NCBI RefSeq assembly: GCF_009914755.1
Contig: NC_060927.1
DNA: 64,000 nt
Source: the human T2T-CHM13v2.0 reference genome, Homo sapiens
Direction: 5' to 3' (one strand)
The notes under the pieces were generated by a model that saw only the letters and a program-made list of their open reading frames with translations, made no database searches and was not told the origin of the DNA. This document shows, one piece after another, positions 1 through 11,923 of the stretch (positions are counted from its first letter, which is position 1; the number at the start of each line of letters is the position of its first letter). Position numbers and translations under genes: made by a program.

Positions 1-734
1 AAAACTATGCTGAAGAGAGAGAAGCCTGTCATAAATTTGATCTATTTCCTCAGTCATAACTAGGGAGAGCTCACCATCTGAAGCTTTGTAAAGGTAGAGA
101 CCGGGCTTGTTTTCCCTCCTGGCTGGGTTCGTTGCTAATTGCTGTACTGTTATTAAAACAAAGGGCTGATCTATAAATGCCCCAGAACTACACAACTATA
201 CCCAATCAGGGCTGTAATCAGACCACCCGATGTTTTATGGACTCGGTGTCTTGGCAATCCAGAGGCACGCCAGTGGGGGCAGTTTCTGCTTTGTCTGCTC
301 ATTAAACTTTGGACACCTTTTCTTTGTTGCTGGGCCAGTCATTCCCACAATCTGATTGGCCAGAGTTGATGCTGTTTGAAATGGGCAAATTTTATACTTA
401 CTCTGAAAAACGAGCAATAATTCCAAAGAGTATTTGTTTAAAAGAGCAAAAGTCACTGTTAAATGAGCAGATTGCCTGAAAATAGATTTATCTGAACGTT
501 CTGAGACTAGGAAAAAATTTATTGTGGCTGCCAGGTACAATATTATTCACATTTCAAGAGAGAGAATGATGATATTAATACCTTACCTTAGGTAACTGCC
601 TTTAGCCTTTGCACAGCTCCTTAGTATCTGTGATTTACATCCTCCAAATATCCCTATGAAGGTGAAGGTTGGGGTGTGTGTGTTAGTGACTACATTGACT
701 ACATATAACATATTAAGATGTGAGACTTTGAAGT

Positions 735-1070
735 CATTCATTGATTGATTCATCAGATATTTTTGGAGTACTTCCTATGTGTCAGATACTGTAATAGGCA
801 CTAGACTAGAACAGACCACATGCACAAATGAGCAGAACAGACTAAAACTCCTTGCTGTTACAGAACCTGTGTTCTAGTGGGGTCCACATGCCTGTGTTTA
901 CATGTGTTGCTGCTAGTTGTGTGACCTTGGGCAAGCTACTTATTCCTATCGAGTTTGTTTTCTCGTGTGTAACATGGTGTTCATAATTGCTGCTGCATAA
1001 CATTTTGTGAGAATTAATGTGACAATGTATGTGCAGTGCTTAGCACATAGCAAGTGCTCATGAATGGTAG
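735..1070. mobile_element. L2 3' end (~735-880) followed by MIR (~905-1070)
   Basis: tcattcattgattgattcatc...tatgtgtcagatactgt is L2-like. tgtgaccttgggcaagctactta...gtgcttagcacatagcaagtgctca is MIR-like. Confidence 0.7.
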
Positions 1071-1399
1071 CCACCAAGATGGCTGTTGTCATTTTAGTTT
1101 GCAGCAGTTCCACTTGTCATCATTGAGTTCCCAGGGAGTCCCCTCTTCTTTGGGAACAGACTTGCTCTCTGTTGCTCCATTGCGGTAAAAACAGATGAGG
1201 TTAATCCCTGTCCCAATCATTTTGGAGATGGCGTCGTTTGTATTCCAATTCCACAGCCCAGTTCTTGTCTTTGTCTTCCTTTTATTTAAGCAGCAGCCAC
1301 ACAGAATTAGCCCTTTTCAAAAATAAATAAGATTATCATCCTGTTTTGCGTCCCTGGGGTAACAGACTCTAACATTTCTTTCTCTTTCTCTTCTTTCAG

Positions 1400-1542
1400 A
1401 TTGTTTAGTGTAATTTTGGAACAATTAACCAAAGAAACAGAAGGCGGGAACCACTCAAGCGGCAAATCTGGAGGCTTTGATGTCAAAGCCCTCCGTGCCT
1501 TTCGAGTGTTGCGACCACTTCGACTAGTGTCAGGAGTGCCCA
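1400..1542 (+). CDS. CACNA1D: Exon 5 (143 nt): IS3-S4 linker and voltage sensor IS4
   Basis: ttctttcag|ATTGTTT...GTGCCCA|gtaagc, with a long CT tract and ctctaac branch point upstream. Encodes [47 protein letters not shown](S). Confidence 0.97.
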
Positions 1543-3563
1543 GTAAGCACTTATTGTTTCCTAGAGTCAGGAGTGTGCTGGTTTTTTCTTCCAGGTGGGT
1601 TTCAGAATCACTGGTGCTTTGAGGTGAGTTGCTCTGTGCCAGCCAGGGGTCAGCAGATGACCATGGCCTCCTTCACAGTTGACAGGACACTTTGGCTTGC
1701 ACTGTCACGTTGGATCCCCATGACAGAATGACAGGCAGTTATTGTCATTCTGATTTTGTGGACGAAAGAATCTTCTCTTGCAGAAAGACAAGGTGAGGTG
1801 TTGGGGTGAGACCTTGGCTTCAGGCCTTTAATTCCAGTCTATTTTTCCTCTCTGGCAACATGCTGCCATCCACGCCTCCACTCCCAGGCCTGCCCCTCTG
1901 AAAGTGGTGGGTTTGTGGATGAGGGTGTTGGAGTACTTAGCTGCGTGCCTTTTTTTTTTTCCCCAAATGGGGAGCATCAGAGGGATGGACTCCTGGAAAC
2001 TCTGATTAGATCCTCTACTATCAGGAACTGTGCTACCCAGCTCTGGGGGAAGGGATGAATGCTTCTTACCTGGTGACAGGGCACAGGAGTACCTGCCTTG
2101 AAGGCTGTTGTGAGAACTGAGTGAGATAATGGAGGGAGAGCCCCTAACAGGATGTCTGGAGCACAGAGGCTCTCAGTGGGTGAGAGAGAGAGTTTTAGCC
2201 GTTAGGCCCTACCATACCACTCAGTGCCAGGCCCCAGTGTGCTTCTGGCTCCAGGCCCCCAGGCCAGGTTAAATCATACCTGAGTTGGAATAGATGCCCT
2301 GTCTGTGCCCTGGCCAACAGCTGCAGCCTCTTATCCTTCCATAAGGTGTTTGGGGTTGCCTCACTGGGCTCTGCCCCTGATAGGACTCCTGTGTTGGGGA
2401 CTTCCATGGGTAGAAGTCCTAACACCTTTCTGAGGGCTGGTGCGTCTGAGCAAGAATATGGGATTGCAGGGTGTGCCTGTTTTTCACAACTCATAAAGCC
2501 ATCAGAAGAACACAGATCACATTTTTTGCCTCTCCAGAAGTTCTTCATGAAATTTTTATTAAATTTGTTGGCACTTAGAATGCACCAAAAATCCTCTGGA
2601 AAAAAAAAATTTCCAAATTTAACATTTTAAAATGTAGGAAGTGGTGTTTTATGTGTACTTGTTTTTCCAGATGGTTCATTTATTTTCATTGAAAAAGATC
2701 AGCACAAGTCAAAACCACAGAACTGTGTGGAATCAATTGAGAAAAACAGAAATACCTTGGAAATGACTGGCTCTGTTAAGTGTAACACGATTAAATGAGA
2801 AGTTCAGTGAGCAAACATGTTCTTCCAGATTTAGTTGTTATAGCTTAATCTAATTTCAAAGTAACCACGACAGCTTTTTCCCCCAAAGAGCAAATAACAG
2901 GACAGCCTGTCTATGGTATGTGTTGTGTGCAGACTTTGGGGGCTGTGGCTGTGTGCGTGTGTGCGTGCGAGCTTCTGGCCAGTGAAAAATCCAAGAACTC
3001 ACATAGCATTGTGTCTGCTTCCTTGGCTAATGAGGTTTTTACTAAACTAGTGCAGTGCTCCTAGATATTGAGAATTAGTTTTAAACTGTATTTCTTCCTT
3101 TCCCCAACAGACATCACTGTTTGAAATTTGATAGGGAGATTTGTATGTAACTCTCCCCCAGGTCAGCAGGGAAAAATGTGAGTCTGAGTCTTGTATGAGG
3201 ACTTTTGAGCTTATATTTTTAACCACCTAGGTAGGGAACATCCCAGTCTCTCATCAAACTCAAATAGGCTTTTGAAGAAAAGGATCAGAGGTTGTCGGAT
3301 GTGCTGTTTCTAGTGCTGGTTGGCAGCCGTGGCCTGCTGATTTCTTCTCTAGTACTTGAAGTTGTTAAAAATGTCCAGGAATGTTTGACTGTTTACACTT
3401 ATCTTGGAATTGTTTAGTCCCTGCTAAAGAGAATCCAGACTGTTCTGTAAGACATAATTTTGTGTGCATGTGTGTATGGAAATATATATTCATTCAGTGA
3501 AAGGTAAATTTATTTCACAAGGTGGTGAATCAGGCATTTGTGGAGTTCTTAAGCACCCACATT

Positions 3564-4780
3564 AAGAGACTGAGGGAGAATGGGCAGGAACCGAGAACCC
3601 ACCCTGGAGACCAGGCCTTCTGACCCCTGTGTTGACGTCCCCCATTCTCTCCACAGCCCCGCGACCTCAGCACTACTGTGCTGCTCACTGTTTAACTTCT
3701 TACCTTCTCTTTCCCTGTCCTTCCGTGTTGGACAGGGAAACATTTATCAAAGTTCAAGACCATCAAAGTGGAAAAGAATCCTAAAGATCATCTGGTCTAC
3801 CTGCATCTTTTAGACAAGGAAACTGAGGCCTGTTGGAGGTAGTGACTAGTGTAAGTTCTCACAGCTAGTGAGTAGCCAGACAGAACCAGACCCACGATCT
3901 CCACATTTCTGACCCGGTGTTCTTCCCACTTCTGCCTCCTTGACTAGAGTCCCATGAGATCCACTGAGATCTACCGTACATGTTGATTATGTACAAAGGA
4001 GCGGAATGCAATAAAGTATACATGTTCACAGTCGGATACAACTTTATCATCTCATAAATGTGACAAATCTGAAATACAGTAGTTACTCTAAATGTAAAAA
4101 ATATTCACAAAGCTTACTGCCATGGAATTTAGAAGAGCTAACTGCTGGGGGTTAGTTTTGCATGGCCCATTGGTGTCTCAAGAAAACCAAAACAACGATA
4201 GAAACCTGGCCATGGGGATTGGAACGGGTGTCGTCTTTTCCTTTCCATGTGTTCCTTGTAGGAGGTAAAAATATTGAAAATCATCCTAATTGATCATTTT
4301 TGAAAAAACCATGTGGACATTTACATATCCAAAGATGTAGCACCCAGAGTTTTAGTTGTAATAGAGGTTGTAGCAAGGCAGGGTCGTGCTGAGTCTGAAA
4401 TCCTCTTACTGCTCTTCCCTCACCATCCTCTCCCCTGCCTCCTCCTGTGCTGCTTATCACGGTAAAGATTTGTCATTATTGCTAAGTCTTCTCTTTGCTT
4501 GCTGTATTCTGGTTTCCGATGTAAGCATCTCAGCTTCTTGCATTCTTTCTTTCCTGACTATGTATTGGGAAAGTGAGATGATAGCAGAAGATGGAAAGTT
4601 TGAAGGTGGAGAGACAACAGGGAAGGACAGGGAAGGAGAAGGTAAGAAGGAAAAGAGTGAGCAGCACAGTCGTGCTGAGGTCGTGGGGCCATGGAGAGGA
4701 TGGGGGATGCCAATGCAAGGTCAGGAGGCCTGGTCTCCAGGGCAGGTTCTGGATTCCTGCCCATTCTCCCTCAGTCTCTT
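3564..4780. repeat. Non-Alu inverted repeat: arms 3564-3730 and 4615-4780
   Basis: Hand alignment gives about 21 differences in 167 nt (~87% identity), with an 884-nt spacer. Confidence 0.95.
3745..3935 (-). mobile_element. MIR fragment inside the inverted-repeat loop
   Basis: agatcatctggtcta...ttttagacaaggaaactgaggcc. Confidence 0.65.
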
Positions 4781-4909
4781 GGTTCCTCACAACCAATCCT
4801 AATCCTGAGTGCTGCCCCCATCCTTCTTTTCATGACCTCTTTTTCTGTCCCTTGGCGGGTAGCCTTACCCACACTCTGGCACTGAGTATGACTCCATGGG
4901 TAGCTTCTA

Positions 4910-4957
4910 TTAGGTTGGTGTGAACGTAATTGCGGTTTTTGCCATTGAAAGTAATGG
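4910..4957. mobile_element. Truncated MADE1 (Hsmar1-derived MITE): one TIR plus spacer
   Basis: ttaggttggtgtgaacgtaattgcggtttttgccattgaaagtaatgg resembles the Hsmar1 TIR TTAGGTTGGTGCAAAAGTAATTGCGGTTTTTGCCATT. The second TIR is absent. Confidence 0.8.
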
Positions 4958-5065
4958 GTCTGAGTCTGAGGATTTCAGACTCAGCAAGACCCTGTCTTCC
5001 TAAGACCTCCATGGCAGCAAAAGTTTTAAATGTAGGAAATAATCGTCTCTCTCTCTCTCTCTCTC

Positions 5066-5333
5066 TTTTTTTTGGAGACGAAGTCTTGCTCTGTCACCCA
5101 GACTGGAGTTGCAACCTCCACCTCCCAGGTTCAAGTGATTCCCCCACCTCAGTCTCCTGAGTAGCTGGGACTACAGGCGCACACCGCCACACCCAACTAA
5201 TTTTTGTATTTTTGGTAGAGATGGGGTTTCATCATGTTGGCCAGGCTGGTCTCGAACTCCTGACCTCAAGTGATCCATCTGCCTCGGCCTCCCAAAGTGC
5301 TGGGATTACAGGCGTGAGCTACCTCACAAGGGC
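5066..5333 (-). mobile_element. Alu (S-like) with small internal deletion, preceded by (CT)n 5046-5066
   Basis: Poly-T, then gagacgaagtcttgctctgtcaccca...cccaaagtgctgggattacaggcgtgagc. Confidence 0.93.
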
Positions 5334-6004
5334 AGAAGTAATCATTTCTCATGTGCCTGTCTCTCAAGACCACATTTCAGCTTCAGGACACGTCTACCTT
5401 AATGTTACATAATACCAACATCATACTTAACAAGGCTCAAGTCAGTCTCAACCTCCCCCTTCCCCTCCCACCTCCCTCATTCCTGGAGAACCTCCCTTTG
5501 GAATGCTTAGTTTTGTTGGGGACACTGGGATTTTGCCTCAAGACCCTGGCTCAAATAACTGGTGTGCTCCATAGGTACCTTCCTCTCATTCTGACTCAGT
5601 TGCTGAGTTCTGGTCTCATCCTGATCTTCACCCTCACCTACCCCAGCATTCTTGAACTACCTCTCTGTGTGTCTGGCCTGCTGCTGTCCTGTTGGTCTTT
5701 CTAAAGCAGCTGCCTTTTGCTAGTGATCTAAAGTTTGGCTTCATGACCTGGATTCAACACCCACAACCCTGGCTGCAATCTACTTTTCTTTCGTGATTTT
5801 CTTTTCCACTAACCACCAATCAAGACTCACCACCCTCAAGCCCATACTGTGCTACTCTCCTCTGTGCTTTTGGTACTCTGTTCTTCTTCCCTGAAGTTGC
5901 CTCTCTCCCATGCCCACCTGTGGAAATCCACCCCACCTGGCCTTTGGGCTGTGCCCAGAGAGAAGCTGCCTCAGGACCCTTTCTTCACCCCATTCATCCC
6001 TACT

Positions 6005-6443
6005 TGTCACCTGCATGGACCTTGGGGGACTGAACAAAGGATGATGAACATGGGAATAAAGACAAAGACAAAAGAGTATATTTGGAAGAAGGGGTCAGGG
6101 GGCTCCTTGCTTCTAGTGAACAAGAGCCCTGAGCTTCAGAGCCTTTCACATTTTACTGGGTAAAGGAGATAGGGAGAGAGGGGAGTTGTTGTCGGTCAGC
6201 AGCTTGATTTACAGCAGACTTGCAAGACTGCATTCTTCTAACAACAGGCTCTAGATGTCCCAGTAGATAACCTCAATGAGCACGGTGCCAGGGAGTGATT
6301 GCCCTCAGCAAACCTGGCGGTAGGCACAGTCGTGAGTTTGCCCACATCCTGCATTCATGATAAACAGTTTGCTGTTTGATCATATAGCCTCCAGTGGAAT
6401 GCTGAGTTGGTCACAATCCCTTTGGCCTTTTCAACTCCCAACA
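6005..6443 (-). mobile_element. Solo LTR, LTR3 family (HERV-K HML-6), antisense to host gene
   Basis: TG...CA termini and a 6-bp target duplication cctact (5999-6004) / cctatt (6444-6449). The minus strand begins TGTTGGGAGTTGAAAAGGCCAAAGGGATTGTGACCAACTCAGCATTCCACTGGAGGCTATATGATCAAAC, matching my recollection of LTR3. Confidence 0.85.
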
Positions 6444-6818
6444 CCTATTAATTTTAACTATTGGGATATTTATATAGCATCTATGTGCTACCCCAGGGTA
6501 GAGTTATTTGTGTTTAATTCTATGTCTCCTAGAATATAATTTTTTGAGGGAAAACATTTTACATAAACCGTCTTCATATTGCTCCAAAGCACCAAACCTT
6601 ATGATTTCCACATGGTAGATGTTTAAGAGATTTTGTCAGATGGATGAAGAAATGCATAAATGAATGATGAACTTTGACATTGGGCAGTCCCCTCCCTAGG
6701 CCTTAGTTTTTCCCTCTGTCTAGTGAGGGAGTTTGACTAGATGATCCTTAAGGTTCCTTTTCAGTCTATCTCACATCCAGGCTTAATATTAATGAAAAGC
6801 TTTGAAATACCTCTTTGA

Positions 6819-7085
<267 letters not shown>

Positions 7086-7563
7086 TAATGAGAATTGTAG
7101 CTAACTTAACTTTAAAATTTTTTTGTTTTCCCCAAAGCAACTTTCATGGTTTGGGGAAAATCTAAAACAAAATAGGAAAAAAAATGCCCAATATACCAGC
7201 ACATTTACTGAGCCAGTTCTCAGTGTGAGCTATGTTCAGAATAGATGAGAATTCAGTCTCCCTTTCCACCCCGATTTCCTGTGTAATGTGTCCTGGCAAA
7301 CAAGATAAGAGACCTCCAAAGTAAAAACATGAGGCAAACCAACAGCATTGTGCTATCTAAGCCTAAGGAGGATGCTGTAAGCGCAGGTGCAGAGGAAAAG
7401 AACCATGGATGCTGACAAGAGGAAATGGCAGATTCCGCTAAGGAGGGAGCATTTGAAGGGAACCTTGAAGGACAAGCAGGATCCTGAGGCAACGCAGATG
7501 GGGCGGTAGGGTGTCCCGGGCTCTGGCAAGGGTTCTCACCTTCCGCTGGCTTGGATTTCCTGA

Positions 7564-7848
<285 letters not shown>

Positions 7849-9080
7849 TAAGTGGGTTTTGTGAGCTAGAGCCACTGGAGAGGTGGCTGGAAAAGAAACC
7901 CTGAAGTCAGTTATTTGGGAAGGGAAGCAGATGCTGTCTTTACCAGCAGTCTTCATCATCCTGCTCCTCGAGGGCCTTAGTTTCAGTTGCAGGAAGCTGC
8001 TGCGCGATGTTGGCTTCTGGCTTTAGTCCTCTACTTCCCAGTGCTGCCTGAAGACCTGGTGCCAAGGGTGCCCAGTGGTCCCCTTTGGAGGAACTCCAGG
8101 AAGCCAGGGCTATCCTGATTCAACTCTTAAGAGAGCCAAAGGGTCACTTTCCAGGTAAGGAGGCTCCTGGACTGCCACAGGCTAAGGTTAATCATTTATA
8201 CATCAAGGCAGGTTGCTCTACTAGATCCTAAAGGGAAGAAAGGGAATGTAAATCGGATCCCTTTCATGCTTTTCATAACTCAGTATAACCTTAAACCCAG
8301 TGTGAGTTTCTCCCATGATAATATTTCCCATTCTTTAGTATTACTATAAATCATCCCAGCACAAAACCTTAGCTGTCTTCCTTTCTATTTGAAGCTACAG
8401 ACCTCTGGCAGAAAGGGTAGGAATGGCACGTAGACTTCCAGGGCTGGTGGACCCATCCAGCCTGCCATGAAAACAGTTGGACACTCTTTCAAGGCGAGGG
8501 TCTGATTCCTCTTGTTCCTGATAGAGCCAGAAAGATTTGCTGTATAAAAATAAGTGCTATAGCATTTTAACAGCCATTTCCCAGGGCTGAGTTTGTTAGA
8601 ATGCAAATAAAGCTCACAGAAGTTTAGAAATTGTTTTTCACGGTATAAGAGTTGCTGGTAAAGACAGCTAACGTAGATTTTGAGCCTAAATCCAAGTCCA
8701 AAGGGGAGTAACCAGGATTCCAATCATGAGTTGTTAAAAGGAAATTAGTAATAAAGTAGTTCTGAAATCAGCAGCTTTTAGACAGAAGGCCTGTAAATTG
8801 ATAAGTAGCTTCTGGTAGTTTCTAAATTTTAGATACTTTTCAGGATTTCCTATACTCCATAACTTCAAAGAATGTAACATATAATGGTTATAAATAGGTT
8901 TTTGCTGCCCTTCAGCAGCTCACAGGATTGTAGATGTCCCTATATATTTAATATGAGGCAAAGAAGTTATATTTTTATCTTTAATCCCCAAAGTCAGTCT
9001 AGTTTGATCAGGTTTAAGCATCACCAACATGTTATATCTTGTTTTTCCTACTTCCCTTTCTTTTTCTGATTGTCATAGGA

Positions 9081-9124
9081 GTGTGAGTGTGTGTGTGTGT
9101 GTATGCATGTGTGTGTGTGTGTGT
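9081..9124 (+). repeat. Interrupted (TG)n
   Basis: Read directly. Confidence 0.9.
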
Positions 9125-9927
9125 ATGCACATCTGTTATTTATATTCATAAAACGTCTTTTCATAAAGAGGAAGGAGGAAGGAGATGATATTGGCTGAGC
9201 CAGGGGCATGGCTTCTGTATGCAGGAGGGCCCTCAGGTTAGGTGAAGCATTCATTTTTGCTATTATTTCCTAAATTGCAACTTCTAGTCAGATTAGTTGA
9301 GATCTCAATTCCAGTCTTCCCTTGAAGTTTTTCATAAATAGAAAAAGCATCATCAAAATAGCCCAAACTGATACTTCCCCTCCCCAAACAGTACATAAAA
9401 CAACATTTTGATTTTTTTAAAAATCAAAATCTGTGACTCTTCTCAGCTTTGTTTTTCTCTCTATTGACATGGTGAATTGTCAGCTGCAGAGCCAACATGC
9501 CTTGACTGATGAAAAATTTTATACTTTATGTTATATTCCTTCACATCGATTCTCAGAATTTTCCTGTTGCCAAGCAAGTGTAAAACCTGGGAGTAGATGA
9601 TTAAAGGAGAGGGAACTTCAGGCTCCTAGAAGCAAAAGTTTCCGCTTACTTTCCTGAGAAGGTTTAAATATCATCTAGGATGATATAATTATTATTTTTA
9701 TTATTAATATGACAATCACGTGGTTAATACTTTGACAGTATAATTGCACTCTCCATAAATTACACAGCATCTTTATTCTGGTGGGGATCTCAAGCCATTC
9801 ATAAACTTTATCCCAGTCTGTATCCCTTTATAGAAGGTCTGGGATCTTGAAGATGGAGACAGTGGCGTAGAGACCATGGAACATTCCCCGAGTTCTACAG
9901 CAAATGGTTGTGGTCCTTGATCTAGAA

Positions 9928-10267
9928 CAGTGGTCTATAAACCTTTTCATAAGGGGGCAAATAGAAAATGTATTTGGCCTTGCAGGCTACATGGTCACCT
10001 CAGCAACTGTTCAGCCCTTCCACTATAGCTAGGAAGCAGCCATGGGCAATACATAAGCAAATGGATGTGGCTTTATTCTAATCAGACTTCATTTATGGAC
10101 CCTGGAATTTGAATTTTGTATGATTTTTCTGTGTCATGAAATATTTTGCTTTTGATTTTTTCCCCCACCAACTATTTCAAATTGTAAAAATCATTTTTAG
10201 CTTGAGGCCATATAAAAGCATACAGCAAGCTAGATTTGGTCTGCAGGTCATGCTGTGGGACCCCCTG
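9928..10267. mobile_element. MER58B-like hAT-Charlie DNA transposon, inserted in a MIR-like fragment
   Basis: CAG...CTG termini, flanks atctagaa / gcctagac (nnCTAGAn target type), and internal gcagccatgggcaatacataagcaaatggatgtggc typical of MER58. Confidence 0.75.
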
Positions 10268-11548
10268 GCCTAGACTAGAACCCAGCACTCTTTCCTTGGC
10301 ATTCTTCCACCTGTCAGCAGTTGATGAATCCTTCCAGAACACTAGGGGGCAGCTAAGTAATGTCTTCCCGACTGTTCTCTAAGATTTTACTCTCTGAAAC
10401 ACATCAGGATTGTTTTTAATTACCTGTTGATTGCATTTATTAGCTCATCATAGAGATAGGCAGGGGCCAAGGAACCAAGCCTTCCTAATATTTCATGGGC
10501 CACAGTCAGCTGGAAGCCACACCGCTGTGATACACAGCAGAACATCCCTGCCCAGCATGGTGCCTGGCACCGAGCAGGCACTCAATAAACACAAGGGATG
10601 GTCATCATCCTTCAAGTGTACCAGGCATATTGCCTCATTAGTGTAGATGTGCCATGTTTGAATATCTATTTTTATCCACAACTAGGGCATAAAGGGGACA
10701 TCTTGGGAGATAAAAAGAGATTAGATTTTAAATATTGACTACAAGCACATTTCTGAATCCTTTAGGCACTTACATATGGTGGACAAAGTCTTTGCGGGTC
10801 ATTGTTTTGCATCTAGTCAAGTTTATATTCAGTCAGCGTTCTCAAGCTCATTTATGCCTTGCTTCTCACTAGTGTCTGGAAAATGTCTGGCAGGGTCTTG
10901 AGAAGGGAAGTAAAGGTGGGTCCAATATGTAGAAAGGCACACTTAGAACAGGACTATTTGGATGTGTGGGAAGTGGGATCATTAAGTTCTGGTGGAAAGA
11001 AACCTATGGTAGAGTTCTTTGATAAAGTGAGTTCCATAAATATAATTGAGCTGTTGTTTGACTCACATGTGAGTGTTTGTTGCTCACAGAGGCAGTAGGG
11101 TGTAGGGCAGGGAAAGAGTGTTTATTTAGCCTGGTTGTGTGACCTTGAGTAGTTCATGGAACCTCTCTGGGCTTCTCAAGATGCAGAAATAAACTTACAT
11201 GATTTAATTTTTCCCTTCAACTTAGAGGAAATTTTTTTTCCTTCAATTCAAAGAAATTGTTTTTAAATGCAGGAAATAAAAAGTATTGGTTTCAGGAGAC
11301 AGCTATCCAGATAAATAATTTCGGTGTCTTGTCTTAGCACCAAGCTCTTTTCTCAGTGCACACTCCTACGGAGGTGCTGGCTGTCAGACCTTCACGGGAA
11401 GTACTCATGGTCAAGCTGACAGTCTCCTTCATTCAGGGCACCTAGGAAATCTCTCTGTAACCAGCCGAGGGCTTGCCTTTTTCTTATTGCATGCTCTGGG
11501 GTGTTAAAACCAGTATACCAAGTTTCCAGAAGTGTTTTCAGCAGCTAG

Positions 11549-11923
<375 letters not shown>

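Noticed and set aside
4386-4923. Similar peptides in ORFs at 3549-3813 and 4386-4923 suggesting a duplicated gene
   Set aside because: Fully explained by the DNA inverted repeat; there is no coding evidence.
8145-8160. tcactttccag|GTAAGG after exon 7
   Set aside because: The pyrimidine tract is short, it is only 350 nt into the intron, and there is no other support.
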